Positions 1 to 10,482 of a DNA stretch of 64,000 bases are shown here, piece after piece (positions within the stretch are counted from its first letter, which is position 1; each line of letters begins with the position of its first letter). The stretch comes from Nitrospirales bacterium (GTDB taxonomy: Bacteria > Nitrospirota > Nitrospiria > Nitrospirales > UBA8639): assembly GCA_965223295.1 (NCBI GenBank), contig CBDCWC010000003.1, positions 1,824,001 through 1,888,000 on the forward strand, given 5' to 3'. The translations under genes were made by a program, and so were the position numbers. The notes under the pieces were generated by a model, which searched no databases, was not told the DNA's origin, and was given only the letters and a program-made list of their open reading frames with translations.

Positions 1-32
1 GTTTTCCCACCAGCCATTTCCAAGCCAAGCCC

Positions 33-1064
33 ATGAAAATAGCCGTGGATGCGATGGGAGGAGATCATGGTCTATCTCCCACCGTTGAAGGAGCTCTCCA
101 AGCCACAAGGGAATCATCCCTCTCCGTTATTCTGGTTGGAGATCAATCGGCCATTCAAGCTCAATTGGATAACTTGAGTGGGAAGAAAACGAACATCGAT
201 ATTTTTCATGCGTCTCAAGTCGTAGGAATGCATGAATCTCCTGCCTTAGCAGCCAGGAAAAAACGCGATTCCTCCATTTGGAAAGCGACCGAACTGGTCA
301 AAAGCAAACAAGCGGATGCCTTGGTGAGTGCGGGAAATACGGGGGCAACGATGGTCTCAGCCTTTTTTTTGTTGGGGTCGATTGAAGGTGTGGATCGGCC
401 GGCCATTGCGGCGACGTTGCCTACTCGCCAAGGCAAGGCGATCATGTTGGATGTTGGCGCGACGGTTGATTGCACGGCCCGTCAGTTGTATCAATTTGGC
501 ATTATGGGGCATGAATATGGAAAACATCTGTTAGGTGTTGATCGACCACGGATCGGACTTTTAAGTATTGGAGAAGAAGATACCAAGGGCAATGAGGTAA
601 CCAAAGAAGTGTTTAAGCTGTTAAAAGAGAGCCATATTCATTTCATCGGGAATATCGAAGGCCGGGATGTGTATAGCGGCAATGCCGATGTCATTGTGAC
701 TGACGGTTTCATTGGTAATGTGGCATTAAAAATTTCAGAAGGGTTAGCAGATGCCATTAAAAAGATGCTGATGAAAGAAATTGCCCAATCTGCTCTTGGA
801 CGTTTCTCCTATCTGTTTGTGGCTGGCCCTCTTCTTCGTCTGAGACGAAAAACGGATTATGCTGAATTTGGTGGAGCTCCTCTTTTGGGTGTGGAGGGAA
901 TCAGTATGATCTGCCATGGGCGATCTTCATCTAAAGCGATTAAAAATGCGATTCTCCAGGCCCAAGCCCTGGCACAAGGTGGGTTGATCGAGGCCATCCG
1001 TGGTGATATTGCTCAAGGTGTTCTTCCATCATCGACAGCTGAAGGGTCTCGTGTTGTTCTTTGA
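33..1064 (+). CDS. plsX: Phosphate acyltransferase PlsX
   Basis: N-terminal IAVDAMGGD, plus SAGNTGA, DRPAIA, GNIEGRD and ICHGRS motifs; first gene of the fab cluster. Confidence 0.97.
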   Translation: MKIAVDAMGGDHGLSPTVEGALQATRESSLSVILVGDQSAIQAQLDNLSGKKTNIDIFHASQVVGMHESPALAARKKRDSSIWKATELVKSKQADALVSAGNTGATMVSAFFLLGSIEGVDRPAIAATLPTRQGKAIMLDVGATVDCTARQLYQFGIMGHEYGKHLLGVDRPRIGLLSIGEEDTKGNEVTKEVFKLLKESHIHFIGNIEGRDVYSGNADVIVTDGFIGNVALKISEGLADAIKKMLMKEIAQSALGRFSYLFVAGPLLRLRRKTDYAEFGGAPLLGVEGISMICHGRSSSKAIKNAILQAQALAQGGLIEAIRGDIAQGVLPSSTAEGSRVVL

Positions 1065-1070
1065 AAATAC

Positions 1071-2045
1071 ATGAATACTGCCATTCTTGGGACAGGCAGT
1101 TACGTGCCCAATCGGGTCTTAACCAATGCGGATCTGGAACGTATGGTTGAGACATCTGACAGTTGGATTGTGGAGCGTACGGGTATTCGGGAGCGACGAG
1201 TGGTCGAGTCTGGACAAGCCTGCTCGGATCTAGCCCTCGAAGCCGCGCAGCGTGCGCTGGCTGCTGCCAAGGTCGAGGCCAGTGCTATTGATCTTATTCT
1301 TTTAGCCACTTGTACGGGAGATGCTCCGCTTCCCTCAACCGCCTGTCTTCTTCAACATCGATTAGGCGCCAATCGGGCGGCCGCTTGTGATATTTCGGCC
1401 GCTTGTTGCGGGTTTGTGTATGCGCTGTCTATTGCAGATGCGTATGTGAGAAATGGCATGCGATATGTGCTGGTCGTTGGCTCTGAAGTCATGTCGGCCA
1501 TCACTGATTGGACAGATCGAAATACCTGTGTGCTTTTTGGTGATGGGGCGGGAGCGGTGGTGCTGGGACAGAGTCCTCAAGATACTGGGATTCTCTCGAC
1601 GCATTTACATGCGAATGGGCGGTTGTCTGAAATGATTCACGTACCCGGTGGTGGATCGACAGAACCGGCTTCCCAGGAAGTTCTGGACCATAAACGTGGG
1701 TTTATCAAGATGAAAGGCAATGAGACCTTTAAAATTGCTGTCAAATCCATGGAAGAAGCGGCTCATGAGGCCGTGGGGGCTCATGGGGTGGCCATGCAGG
1801 ATATTGATCTGTTTATTCCCCATCAGGCCAATTTGAGAATTTTGAAGGCTGTCAGTCAACGTTTGGGCCTGTCGCAAGAAAAATTGATGATTAATTTAGA
1901 CCGATTTGGTAATACTTCTGCTGCATCTATTCCATTGGCATTAGATGAAGCCGTTCTCAGCAGGAGAATTCAAGAGGGGCAATTACTGCTCTTAGCGGCT
2001 TTCGGAGCAGGACTTACGTGGGCTTCGGCGTTAATTCGTTGGTAG
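1071..2045 (+). CDS. fabH: 3-oxoacyl-ACP synthase III
   Basis: AACCGF (catalytic Cys), FGDGAGA, HQAN, GNTSAAS, AFGAGLTW. Confidence 0.97.
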   Translation: MNTAILGTGSYVPNRVLTNADLERMVETSDSWIVERTGIRERRVVESGQACSDLALEAAQRALAAAKVEASAIDLILLATCTGDAPLPSTACLLQHRLGANRAAACDISAACCGFVYALSIADAYVRNGMRYVLVVGSEVMSAITDWTDRNTCVLFGDGAGAVVLGQSPQDTGILSTHLHANGRLSEMIHVPGGGSTEPASQEVLDHKRGFIKMKGNETFKIAVKSMEEAAHEAVGAHGVAMQDIDLFIPHQANLRILKAVSQRLGLSQEKLMINLDRFGNTSAASIPLALDEAVLSRRIQEGQLLLLAAFGAGLTWASALIRW

Positions 2046-2235
2046 AGAGCGTTGAATAAAGAGGATACTGAAGACCATGTTTCGTCAGGAAGACGTTGGA
2101 GGCCATTAGCTTCGGGTAGGTTCAAAAAAGTCCGTTCAGCTAGGCCGCAGCCATTGTTGCGCGCGGAGCGTACTGGTTCTGCGTGAGCACGGAACAATGG
2201 CGAGAAGGCCGCTGACGGATTTTTTCAACAGACCC
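2045..2235 (+). mobile_element. ~190 bp MITE, copy 1
   Basis: Ends GAGAGCGTTGAATAAA ... TTTTTCAACAGACCC; 5-bp direct repeat TGGTA at 2040-2044 and 2236-2240; homologous to four other copies. Confidence 0.9.
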
Positions 2236-2342
2236 TGGTAGATAACCTGCACGGTGAAACTCGTATGGTTGTATTTGAAATGAAGAATATTGAGGATACA
2301 AGACACAGACCTGGAGTTTGAACGAGGAAAAAGGGGAGCGGT

Positions 2343-3155
2343 ATGTCTGATATGAAATGGGGTAAAAATGATTGGGCCCTCATCTTAGGGGCTTCAAGCG
2401 GGTTTGGTGAAGCAGCGGCTTTGGAGCTAGCGGGCTTAGGTCTCAATATACTAGGTGTGCATCTGGATCGAAAATCAACATTACCAAATGCAGAACGTAT
2501 TGCGTCGAATATCCGCGAACGTGGTCGTGACGTATTATTTTTTAATGCCAATGCTGCAGACCCGGAAAAGCGTGGAGATATCTTGAAGACCATGAAGCAG
2601 CGAGGGGAGGAATCTGGAAAACCAATTCAGGTACGCGTCCTCCTCCATTCATTAGCCTTTGGAACCTTAAAACCCTATATTGCTCAATCTGCTCCTGAAG
2701 GTATTACGAAATCGCAAATGGAAATGACGATGGATGTGATGGCCAACAGCCTGGTCTATTGGACTCAAGATCTTGTCCGTCATAAGTTTTTAGGCCAGGG
2801 CAGTCGAATCTTTTCCATGACTAGTGCTGGAGGAGCACGTGTATGGAAAACCTATGGAGCCGTGTCGGCTGCCAAGGCGGCATTAGAGTCTCATACGCGG
2901 CAATTGGCCCTGGAATTGGCGCCTTTGGGGATTACCATTAATTCCCTTATGGCTGGAGTCACGGATACTCCGGCGTTGCGAAAAATTCCTGGCTCTGATG
3001 AAATGTTGGCCATGGCTCAGCGGAAAAATCCATCCAATCGTTTGACGACACCCCAAGATGTGGCCGATGCACTAGGTTTGCTGAGCCATCCCAAAGCCCA
3101 TTGGATTACAGGAAATGTGATTTGTGTAGATGGCGGAGAGTTTATTGTCGATTAA
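2343..3155 (+). CDS. SDR oxidoreductase, probably a FabL-like enoyl-ACP reductase
   Basis: GASSGFG Rossmann motif, Y-x6-K (YGAVSAAK) active site, C-terminal VDGG; lies inside the fab operon. Confidence 0.8.
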   Translation: MSDMKWGKNDWALILGASSGFGEAAALELAGLGLNILGVHLDRKSTLPNAERIASNIRERGRDVLFFNANAADPEKRGDILKTMKQRGEESGKPIQVRVLLHSLAFGTLKPYIAQSAPEGITKSQMEMTMDVMANSLVYWTQDLVRHKFLGQGSRIFSMTSAGGARVWKTYGAVSAAKAALESHTRQLALELAPLGITINSLMAGVTDTPALRKIPGSDEMLAMAQRKNPSNRLTTPQDVADALGLLSHPKAHWITGNVICVDGGEFIVD

Positions 3156-3228
3156 TTGAATTCCATGTTGCCCTGAATTCGGGATAAGCCATACACCTAA
3201 TCATGATGTCATTTTTTACAAATGAGCA

Positions 3229-4173
3229 ATGCCGTTGATGAAATCATCTCTTGGATTTCTCTTTCCCGGTCAGGGCTCACAATCGGTAGGGATGGGAAAA
3301 GCTCTTTATGAGTCGAATGCTCAGGTTCCCGCTCTCTACCAAGATGCTGAAACAATCTTGGGCTATGATGTTGGGGCCTTATGCTTTGAGGGTCCGGCTG
3401 AACAACTTAATCAAACAGAGTTTACGCAACCGGCTTTACTGGTCACCAGCCTTGCGGCCTATCATTTGGTGCAAAACGGTCCGCTGGAACCGGCTGCGGT
3501 GGCTGGGCATAGTTTGGGTGAATATACTGCCTTAGTCGCTGCCGGCGCGATTAAGTTTCGTGAGGCCGTGGGTCTTGTCAAAAAACGAGGACAATATATG
3601 TCAGAGGCCGTCAGCCCAGGGAGTGGATTAGTGGCAGCGGTATTAGGCCTTTCCGAGTCAGATGTATGTGCCGTCTGCAAAGAGGCCGAGTCATTCGGGG
3701 TCGTGGCCCCAGCTAATTTAAATTCGCCAGGACAAACGGTGATTGCGGGCGAGAAGGCCGCCGTAGAACAGGCGTCTGAGCTTGCCAAGGCGCGAGGGGC
3801 TAAACGCGTGAAAGCCCTGCCGGTCAGCGTACCGGTTCATACTCCGTTGATGCAGGGGGCAGCGGATCGACTGAAGAACGATATTGATTCGTTGGAATGG
3901 TCTGATTTAACGGTTCCATTGATCAATAATGTTGAAGCCAAGGCGCTTCGCTCAGCAGATGAAGTCCGGACATCTCTGGTTCAACAATTACCAGCTTCTG
4001 TTCGCTGGCAGGAAACCATCCAGACAATGTGGAAAATGGGTATTCGAGATTTTATTGAAATCGGACCCGGGAAAGTGTTGACCGGGCTAGTCAAGCGCAT
4101 CGTTCCGGAAGCAGGGACCTGGAATATTTCTGATCAAGAATCCTATGACCATGTTCTCGCTCACATGACATAA
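3229..4173 (+). CDS. fabD: Malonyl-CoA:ACP transacylase
   Basis: FPGQGSQ, TQPAL, GHSLGE, EIGPGKVL. Confidence 0.97.
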   Translation: MPLMKSSLGFLFPGQGSQSVGMGKALYESNAQVPALYQDAETILGYDVGALCFEGPAEQLNQTEFTQPALLVTSLAAYHLVQNGPLEPAAVAGHSLGEYTALVAAGAIKFREAVGLVKKRGQYMSEAVSPGSGLVAAVLGLSESDVCAVCKEAESFGVVAPANLNSPGQTVIAGEKAAVEQASELAKARGAKRVKALPVSVPVHTPLMQGAADRLKNDIDSLEWSDLTVPLINNVEAKALRSADEVRTSLVQQLPASVRWQETIQTMWKMGIRDFIEIGPGKVLTGLVKRIVPEAGTWNISDQESYDHVLAHMT

Positions 4174-4209
4174 TCATCCTACATTTTATTGATTGCTGAG
4201 AGGGCAGCC

Positions 4210-4953
4210 ATGACATTGACAGGAAAAATTGCGGTCGTGACGGGAAGCGCGCAGGGGATTGGCCAGGCGATCGCAACGGCGCTGGCCCAAGAAGGTGCCG
4301 ATGTTGTCGTGGCCGATCTGCAAGCCGATCGTTGTCAAGAAACGGTCGGGCAGGTTCAGCAATTAGGCCGGAAGGCCATGGCTGTTTCGGTGAATGTTGG
4401 CGATTGGGATCAGGTCAAGAGCACGATGGATCAGGTTGTGAAAGAATGGGGACGGATCGATATTTTAGTGAACAATGCTGGAATTACTCGAGATGGACTG
4501 CTTCTACGCATGAAGGATGAAGATTGGCAGTCCGTGTTGCAAGTGAATTTGACCGGCACGTTTTATTGCGTAAAAGCGGTGATGCCGACCATGAGCCGAC
4601 AGCGGAACGGACGTATTGTGAATATTGCGTCAATTGTGGGGGCCATTGGAAATATTGGGCAAGCCAATTATTCGGCGTCAAAGGCGGCAGTCATCGGTTT
4701 GACGAAAACGGTAGCCCGGGAATATGCCAGTCGAAATGTGACAGTCAATGCGGTCGCACCTGGTTTTATTGATACGGCCATGACACAGAATCTTTCAGAC
4801 GATACGAAAGAATCCCTTTTAAATCAGATTCCGTTAAAACGATTGGGACAACCCTCTGATGTTGCTGATGCGGTGTGTTTTTTGTCATCCGAAAAAGCCG
4901 GGTATATTACAGGCCATGTGCTACATGTGAATGGTGGAATGCATATGGCATAG
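4210..4953 (+). CDS. fabG: 3-oxoacyl-ACP reductase
   Basis: [28 protein letters not shown]; start moved to ATG 4210. Confidence 0.97.
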   Translation: MTLTGKIAVVTGSAQGIGQAIATALAQEGADVVVADLQADRCQETVGQVQQLGRKAMAVSVNVGDWDQVKSTMDQVVKEWGRIDILVNNAGITRDGLLLRMKDEDWQSVLQVNLTGTFYCVKAVMPTMSRQRNGRIVNIASIVGAIGNIGQANYSASKAAVIGLTKTVAREYASRNVTVNAVAPGFIDTAMTQNLSDDTKESLLNQIPLKRLGQPSDVADAVCFLSSEKAGYITGHVLHVNGGMHMA

Positions 4954-5009
4954 AGAGGAAATCAAAGTTCAGTTCACTCAATACACTTTGGAAGGAGGAG
5001 GTGCGAACA

Positions 5010-5240
5010 ATGGCTGTAGAAGAACGGATTAAGAAAATTATTGCGGAACAATTAGGTGTCGAAGAAGATGAGGTTGTGCCTGATGCCAAATTTGTGGAGG
5101 ATCTAGGGGCTGATTCCTTAGATACGGTGGAATTGGTTATGGCGCTGGAAGAAGAATTTGAAATTGAAATTCCTGATGAAGATGCAGAAAAAATCCAAAC
5201 GGTCTCCGCAGCCGTTGATTTTATAAAGGAAAAAGTCTGA
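5010..5240 (+). CDS. acpP: Acyl carrier protein
   Basis: [14 protein letters not shown]; strong SD GGAGG upstream of ATG 5010. Confidence 0.98.
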   Translation: MAVEERIKKIIAEQLGVEEDEVVPDAKFVEDLGADSLDTVELVMALEEEFEIEIPDEDAEKIQTVSAAVDFIKEKV

Positions 5241-5274
5241 TTTCCCTATTCGATAAGTGAACAGAGATGTTGTG

Positions 5275-6528
5275 ATGAGTGAGTGGGTACCACGTCGAGT
5301 TGTTGTGACAGGATTGGGGTTGGTCACACCTTTGGGGAACTGTGTGCCCCAAACCTGGGAAAACCTTTGTCAGGGCAAGTCCGGTATAGGCCCTATTTCT
5401 CAATTTGATACCAGTGAGTATTCCGTGAAAATCGCGGGAGAGGTGAAAGACTTTGATCCTGCGGCATTCATTGAAAAAAAAGAAATCAAGAAAATGGATC
5501 GATTTATCCATTTTGCGGTTGCGGCAAGCCAAGAAGCCGTGGATGATGCCAAGCTGGTTGTCACACCTGGTCATGCTGAACGGGTAGGAGTCTATATTGG
5601 CGCAGGGATTGGAGGCCTTCCAGCCATCGAGCATTACCATAAAGTCTTGATGGAACGTGGCCCCGATCGTGTGTCTCCATTTTTCATTCCCATGGTGATT
5701 ATCAATCTCGCCTCCGGGCAGGTTGCCATTCGATTTGGCGCCAAAGGCCCCAATGCATGCTCGGTCACGGCCTGTGCCACGGGAAATCATTGTATTGGTG
5801 ATGGCTTTCGACTGATTCAACGAGGAGAAGCCGATGTCATGATTGTTGGGGGCGCGGAGTCAACGATCTGTCCAACAGGTGTGGCCGGTTTTGCCGCTGC
5901 GAAAGCCTTGTCGAGACGAAACGATGAACCGGAGAAAGCCAGTAGGCCCTTTGATAATGATCGCGATGGGTTTGTCATTGGAGAAGGTGCGGGCGTCTTG
6001 ATTTTAGAAGAGCTGGAGCATGCTCGTGCTCGCGGAGCTCGTATTTATTCCGAACTGATTGGCTATGCGATGAACAGTGATGCGTTCCATATCACCGCTC
6101 CACCTGATGATGGTGCGGGCGCTGTGACATGTATGGAGCGAGCTCTTCAGGATGGGAACGTGTCCAAATCATCAGTAGGCTATATCAATGCCCATGCCAC
6201 CTCGACATTTGCCGATCGTGTGGAAACGCATGTCATGAAAGAAGTCTTCGGTGAACAAGCCTACTCCATTCCGGTGAGTTCCACAAAGTCGATGACTGGG
6301 CATTTGCTGGGAGCTGCGGGAGGTATTGAAGCGGTTTTTTCTATCTTAGCTTTACAGCATGGCATCATTCCGCCCACGATCAATTTAGATCATCCTGATC
6401 CAGCATGTGATCTAGATTATGTCCCTAACCAATCTCGTCAATGCTCTGTTGATGTGGCTATCTCGAATGCGTTTGGATTTGGCGGGGTCAATGCCTGTTT
6501 AGTATTTCGTCGGTGGCAGGAGGCCTAG
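5275..6528 (+). CDS. fabF: 3-oxoacyl-ACP synthase II
   Basis: [35 protein letters not shown]. Confidence 0.97.
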   Translation: MSEWVPRRVVVTGLGLVTPLGNCVPQTWENLCQGKSGIGPISQFDTSEYSVKIAGEVKDFDPAAFIEKKEIKKMDRFIHFAVAASQEAVDDAKLVVTPGHAERVGVYIGAGIGGLPAIEHYHKVLMERGPDRVSPFFIPMVIINLASGQVAIRFGAKGPNACSVTACATGNHCIGDGFRLIQRGEADVMIVGGAESTICPTGVAGFAAAKALSRRNDEPEKASRPFDNDRDGFVIGEGAGVLILEELEHARARGARIYSELIGYAMNSDAFHITAPPDDGAGAVTCMERALQDGNVSKSSVGYINAHATSTFADRVETHVMKEVFGEQAYSIPVSSTKSMTGHLLGAAGGIEAVFSILALQHGIIPPTINLDHPDPACDLDYVPNQSRQCSVDVAISNAFGFGGVNACLVFRRWQEA

Positions 6529-6687
6529 CTCAAGAGAATGGTTTCGAACGAATCGTCTCCTCCAGCAGGCTATTGGTTCCGTTCCTCTCATCCATCAGCG
6601 ATGTCTGACGATATGATACAATGAGACGATTTTGTCGGAGAGCATCGTGGTCATTCGTGCATAAGTCACTGGAAATGGGGATGTTCC

Positions 6688-7404
6688 GTGTTTCAAGTCA
6701 AAGAAATTCAGGCTGCTTTGCAATATGTTTTTACGAAAGAAGCCTTATTGTATGAAGCCCTCACCCATCGATCGTTTTCCCAAACTGATGGCCTGGGGAC
6801 AACCCCGAATAATGAACGGCTAGAGTTTTTAGGAGATGCGGTCTTGGGTCTTGTGATCAGCGAGAGTGTGGCGCAAATTTTCCCCACGTGCACCGAAGGA
6901 GAGCTTTCTAAAGCCAAAGCCGGATTGATTAACCGAGGCACACTGGCCAAGGCAGCGGGGCGTTTAGGGCTGGGGCAATGGTTGCGGTTGGGGCGAGGTG
7001 AAGAAGTTACTTCTGGGAGGGAAAAACATTCCCTGTTGGCGAATGCGTTGGAGGCTCTCATCGGTGCGATGTATCTTGATAATGGATTAGATGTTGCTCG
7101 TTCTTTTATTCACCGGGTTCTTGCGAAGGAATTGTCCGATCTGCGTGAACAGCCAGAACTCGCTGCCGGAGGAGATTGGAAAAGCCGGTTGCAGGAATGG
7201 GTACATAAACATGAAGGAACAAGCCCGCGGTATCGGCTGATTCGAGAATCTGGGCCCGATCATGAAAAACTGTTTTCCAGTCTTGTGGAAGTTCGAGGTC
7301 GTGTCGTGGGTCAGGGAGAAGGACGCACAAAAAAGGAAGCAGAGCAACGAGCGGCAGAGCAGGCCGTTGCTCAGGTCACTGGAGATATTTCTGATACAAT
7401 ATAA
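6688..7404 (+). CDS. rnc: Ribonuclease III
   Basis: NERLEFLGDAVL signature and a C-terminal dsRBD. Confidence 0.97.
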   Translation: MFQVKEIQAALQYVFTKEALLYEALTHRSFSQTDGLGTTPNNERLEFLGDAVLGLVISESVAQIFPTCTEGELSKAKAGLINRGTLAKAAGRLGLGQWLRLGRGEEVTSGREKHSLLANALEALIGAMYLDNGLDVARSFIHRVLAKELSDLREQPELAAGGDWKSRLQEWVHKHEGTSPRYRLIRESGPDHEKLFSSLVEVRGRVVGQGEGRTKKEAEQRAAEQAVAQVTGDISDTI

Positions 7405-7435
7405 AATTCACATGAATAGCAATGGAGGAGTTATG

Positions 7436-8020
7436 ATGAATGTGTTTCAACGAAGTATGATTATATTTGGGTGTGTGGCGCTCTTGAACCTCGGTGTTGT
7501 TGCAACAACTGTTGCGGATGAGCCGGCAAAAGAGCAGCCGGCTCCACACGTGATCTTAAAGACAAAATTTGGTGAAATGGAAATTGTCCTGTTTCCTAAC
7601 TTAGCGCCTAAACATGTAGAAAGTTTTCTCAAACTCACCAAATCTGGGTTCTATAATGGAACGATTTTTCATCGTGTTATTCCTGGTTTTATGATTCAAG
7701 GCGGAGATCCATTGACCAAAGATCCCGCCAATCGAAATAAATTTGGGACAGGCGGTCCTGGCTATACCCTGCCCGCCGAGTTCAATAAGGTGGTGCACGA
7801 AAAGGGCATTCTCTCCGCTGCGCGTACGCAGGACCCGAACAGCGCTGGTTCACAATTTTTTATCATGGCAGATAAAGCGCCTCACTTGGATGGTCAATAC
7901 ACCGTCTTTGGTGAAGTATTAAAGGGTATTGAAGTTGTCGATAAGATCGTGAGCCAGCCCCGCGATTTGCGAGACAACCCAGTCGAACGAATTGAAATGA
8001 CGATCGAAGTGAAGAAGTAA
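7436..8020 (+). CDS. Cyclophilin-type peptidyl-prolyl isomerase with signal peptide
   Basis: FHRVIPGFMIQGGDP, SAGSQFFI, HLDGQYTVFG; SD GGAGGA before ATG 7433/7436. Confidence 0.93.
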   Translation: MNVFQRSMIIFGCVALLNLGVVATTVADEPAKEQPAPHVILKTKFGEMEIVLFPNLAPKHVESFLKLTKSGFYNGTIFHRVIPGFMIQGGDPLTKDPANRNKFGTGGPGYTLPAEFNKVVHEKGILSAARTQDPNSAGSQFFIMADKAPHLDGQYTVFGEVLKGIEVVDKIVSQPRDLRDNPVERIEMTIEVKK

Positions 8021-8073
8021 CTCTAAGGACTGTTATTGACCTGATGAGATTCGATCTTGGTACAAAGGGGAAA

Positions 8074-8730
8074 TCAAGAAGAAGGGGTGGACTGGTAATC
8101 AAAGCCGCTAGGAATAACAATCCGCCCTCCAGCTCCTGTTTGACGAGCCAGTTGCTCCGCGACGTCGGGATGTCGCTCACGAACATAACCCAGTAACCCT
8201 CGCAAGAATCGGTTGGATCGGAGGCCGGCTCCTGAAAACCCTTGAATGAAAACTAGAGCTCGGTCGAGGACCTCGGTCACCATTGTTGGTTCCAATTCCT
8301 GGCGTTCTCCAAAGACTTTAAACTCCTTTCGCAACTCCTCTCCGAAGGCGGGTGTTCCAGTTTCTGGAATCTGAATGAGGCTAAAGCTTCTCCGGAGGCT
8401 TTGAAGACCTTCCAGCACGTCCGCATCTTGTGCATCCCGGCGATCTTGAAAATAGCGAAAGGCTAAGGCCTCAAAGACATAAAACACCTCGGTGGCCCGT
8501 TCACCGCCAAACTCTAAAAGCTCTCGATAAAAGGTCCGGCGGTCTATTTCAAACCGGCCCCCTGCGCGTTTTTGCTGATAGGTGTCATTAGCCTCTAAAA
8601 AGACGCAGGATGCCGGGCAAGAGATATTCGTGAGACGATGTTCGCCACAACATTGGCTGCAGATCATCCCATTCAAGGCTGGACACGACCGTTTGCCTTT
8701 CCGTTGGCGGCAATACACACATTTACTCAT
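8074..8730 (-). CDS. Hypothetical protein with N-terminal Cys-rich (putative Zn-binding) region
   Basis: MSKCVYC...CPA...CSQCC...CPASC; the ORF-track extension to 8886 runs through the MITE, so the real start is probably 8730. Confidence 0.75.
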   Translation of the reverse strand: MSKCVYCRQRKGKRSCPALNGMICSQCCGEHRLTNISCPASCVFLEANDTYQQKRAGGRFEIDRRTFYRELLEFGGERATEVFYVFEALAFRYFQDRRDAQDADVLEGLQSLRRSFSLIQIPETGTPAFGEELRKEFKVFGERQELEPTMVTEVLDRALVFIQGFSGAGLRSNRFLRGLLGYVRERHPDVAEQLARQTGAGGRIVIPSGFDYQSTPSS

Positions 8731-8746
8731 TTGGAGGATCTTTCTT

Positions 8747-8937
8747 GGGTCTGTTGAAAAAAGCCGCCAGCGGCGTTCTCGCCCTTTTTCCGTGCTCACG
8801 TCGTGCCAGTACGCTCCGCGCGCAACAATGGCTGTGGCCTTGCTGGACGGACTGTTTTGAACAGACCCGACGCTGTTGATCGTCAATGGCTTCCTGGCGA
8901 AATATGGCCTTTGACATCATCATTATTCAACACTCCC
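8747..8937 (-). mobile_element. ~190 bp MITE, copy 2 (inserted in the 3' end of the beta-propeller gene)
   Basis: GGGTCTGTTGAAAAAA ... ATTATTCAACACTCCC; target-site duplication TTCTT at 8742-8746 and 8938-8942. Confidence 0.92.
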
Positions 8938-9947
8938 TTCTTAGAAAAGTCTAAGCCATAATCAGAGAACGTTCGTTTTTTCTTATTGGGATTATCGTTC
9001 GAGGGACGTTCCAAACCATTGATTTCGGCACCTTTGGCATAAAGATAGGGGACAAGAATCACATGATTCACTCGATCAACCCCGATGCCTGATGGCGAAA
9101 GCAAGAATTCAGCAATCGCTTCTTTCTTGAGGTCAGGACGAATGCGCCAAACTTTTCCCGCAGTTAAGTCAGAGATATACATGATTCCGTAGCGGTCAAA
9201 ATCGATGCCGTCAAGATTGTGAAACCCGCCAGAGAAAAATGAATTCACAAACAGTTCGTGAAGCACGCCGTGCTCATCAATTTCAAAGACTTTGCCGTCA
9301 TCCCACCCGACACCCATCAAATGACCATTACGGGGATGAATCGCCAAACCGTGGGGGTGTGAGAGTTTGACATCATGGATGAATTCAGAAACCGCATAGT
9401 CCTTTGCTGGGTCAATGTGAAAGATCGTGTTGGTCTCGGCATCTGAGACGTAGAGCTTTCCTTGCGAATCCGTTGTGAGGCCAGTCAGGGACTCCGCACG
9501 AAACCGCGTAAAGGGAATGGTGACAACGGGGTCTCCCGTGGTCTTCTCAAATCCCCGTACCGCATCCAAGTCCGCGACATAAAGAATGTTCCCAATAATG
9601 GCCATTTCTTTCGGTGAATGTAATGTCACCGATTTCTGTCCACCTTGGATGAAATGGCGCTCAGTGATCTTGCCTTCTTGGTCGGCTTTACTGATAAATC
9701 CGTTGTTCTCGCGTGTGCCGGGGTCTCCGTTGGCGTTGGCGATATAATACACTTGACCGTCGTCTGCGATAATATTTTGGGGAAAGAGGAGGTTCGCAAT
9801 TTCATAAGCCGTGGCATGCTCTGAACTAAACAGCATAAGACTCAAGATTGTCCCCAGGGTGCATTGCGTGACTGCAGAAACGATCTTTTTCAAGATGAGC
9901 GGGAGCTGGGAACGTCTGTGTTGAGAGTAAAAAGGTACTAATGGCAT
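8883..9947 (-). CDS. Secreted SMP-30/gluconolactonase/NHL-like beta-propeller protein
   Basis: Repeated blades (LYVADL, LYVSD, PHGLAI, LDGIDFD, PSGIGVD) and a hydrophobic N-terminal segment; start uncertain. Confidence 0.75.
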   Translation of the reverse strand: MPLVPFYSQHRRSQLPLILKKIVSAVTQCTLGTILSLMLFSSEHATAYEIANLLFPQNIIADDGQVYYIANANGDPGTRENNGFISKADQEGKITERHFIQGGQKSVTLHSPKEMAIIGNILYVADLDAVRGFEKTTGDPVVTIPFTRFRAESLTGLTTDSQGKLYVSDAETNTIFHIDPAKDYAVSEFIHDVKLSHPHGLAIHPRNGHLMGVGWDDGKVFEIDEHGVLHELFVNSFFSGGFHNLDGIDFDRYGIMYISDLTAGKVWRIRPDLKKEAIAEFLLSPSGIGVDRVNHVILVPYLYAKGAEINGLERPSNDNPNKKKRTFSDYGLDFSKKGVLNNDDVKGHISPGSH

Positions 9948-9993
9948 AGCCGTTCGTCTCACATGTATCGGTAAAGAAAACTGTCCAAGTCGC

Positions 9994-10482
9994 CTATCCA
10001 CGTTGGGCAGGTTCAAATATCGACAGATTGTTTCCCGTCAAGGTATACGCTTTTCCAAATCCCATGACAAATTGTCCATGCAATGGTTGCAGATGAAATA
10101 ACACAAAGTCTGGTAGTTGCCGTAATAGTACTGCCGTCTTGCCATGCCGTGCCTGATAGTCATCGAGTATCGAGGGGTACTCAGGATGTTCAGGTGCAAG
10201 AAGTTGTGTCTGGCACTGATAATGGACCCTGGTTCTGGCAAAAATCTGTGATGTGGATTGTTCATCAGCAATAATCATTATTGCGACGGTCCCTTTGCTG
10301 AGTAGATCTTGTGTATGGACTGCTAGTTGACTGACAAAGATATAAAAACTGCACGGTGTTCGGTGCAGGTAAGGTGTATATCCACAGTGTGGAACACCGT
10401 CTTCTCCAACAGTAGAGAGCTGCAGACTTTGCATTTCTGCAATGAGCTTGGCGCAGACGCTTTCGGGCTTGTCATCGCTCAT
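9994..10482 (-). CDS. HugZ/HutZ-like (PNPOx split-barrel) heme utilisation protein
   Basis: LSTV..DGVPHCGYTPY, YIFVSQLAVHT, QIFARTR, LPDF.LF, FVMGFGKAY. Confidence 0.85.
   Translation of the reverse strand: MSDDKPESVCAKLIAEMQSLQLSTVGEDGVPHCGYTPYLHRTPCSFYIFVSQLAVHTQDLLSKGTVAIMIIADEQSTSQIFARTRVHYQCQTQLLAPEHPEYPSILDDYQARHGKTAVLLRQLPDFVLFHLQPLHGQFVMGFGKAYTLTGNNLSIFEPAQRG

Noticed and set aside
8730-8886. 52-aa N-terminal extension of the Cys-rich ORF
   Set aside because: It lies almost entirely in MITE copy 2; reconstruction places the ancestral start at 8730.
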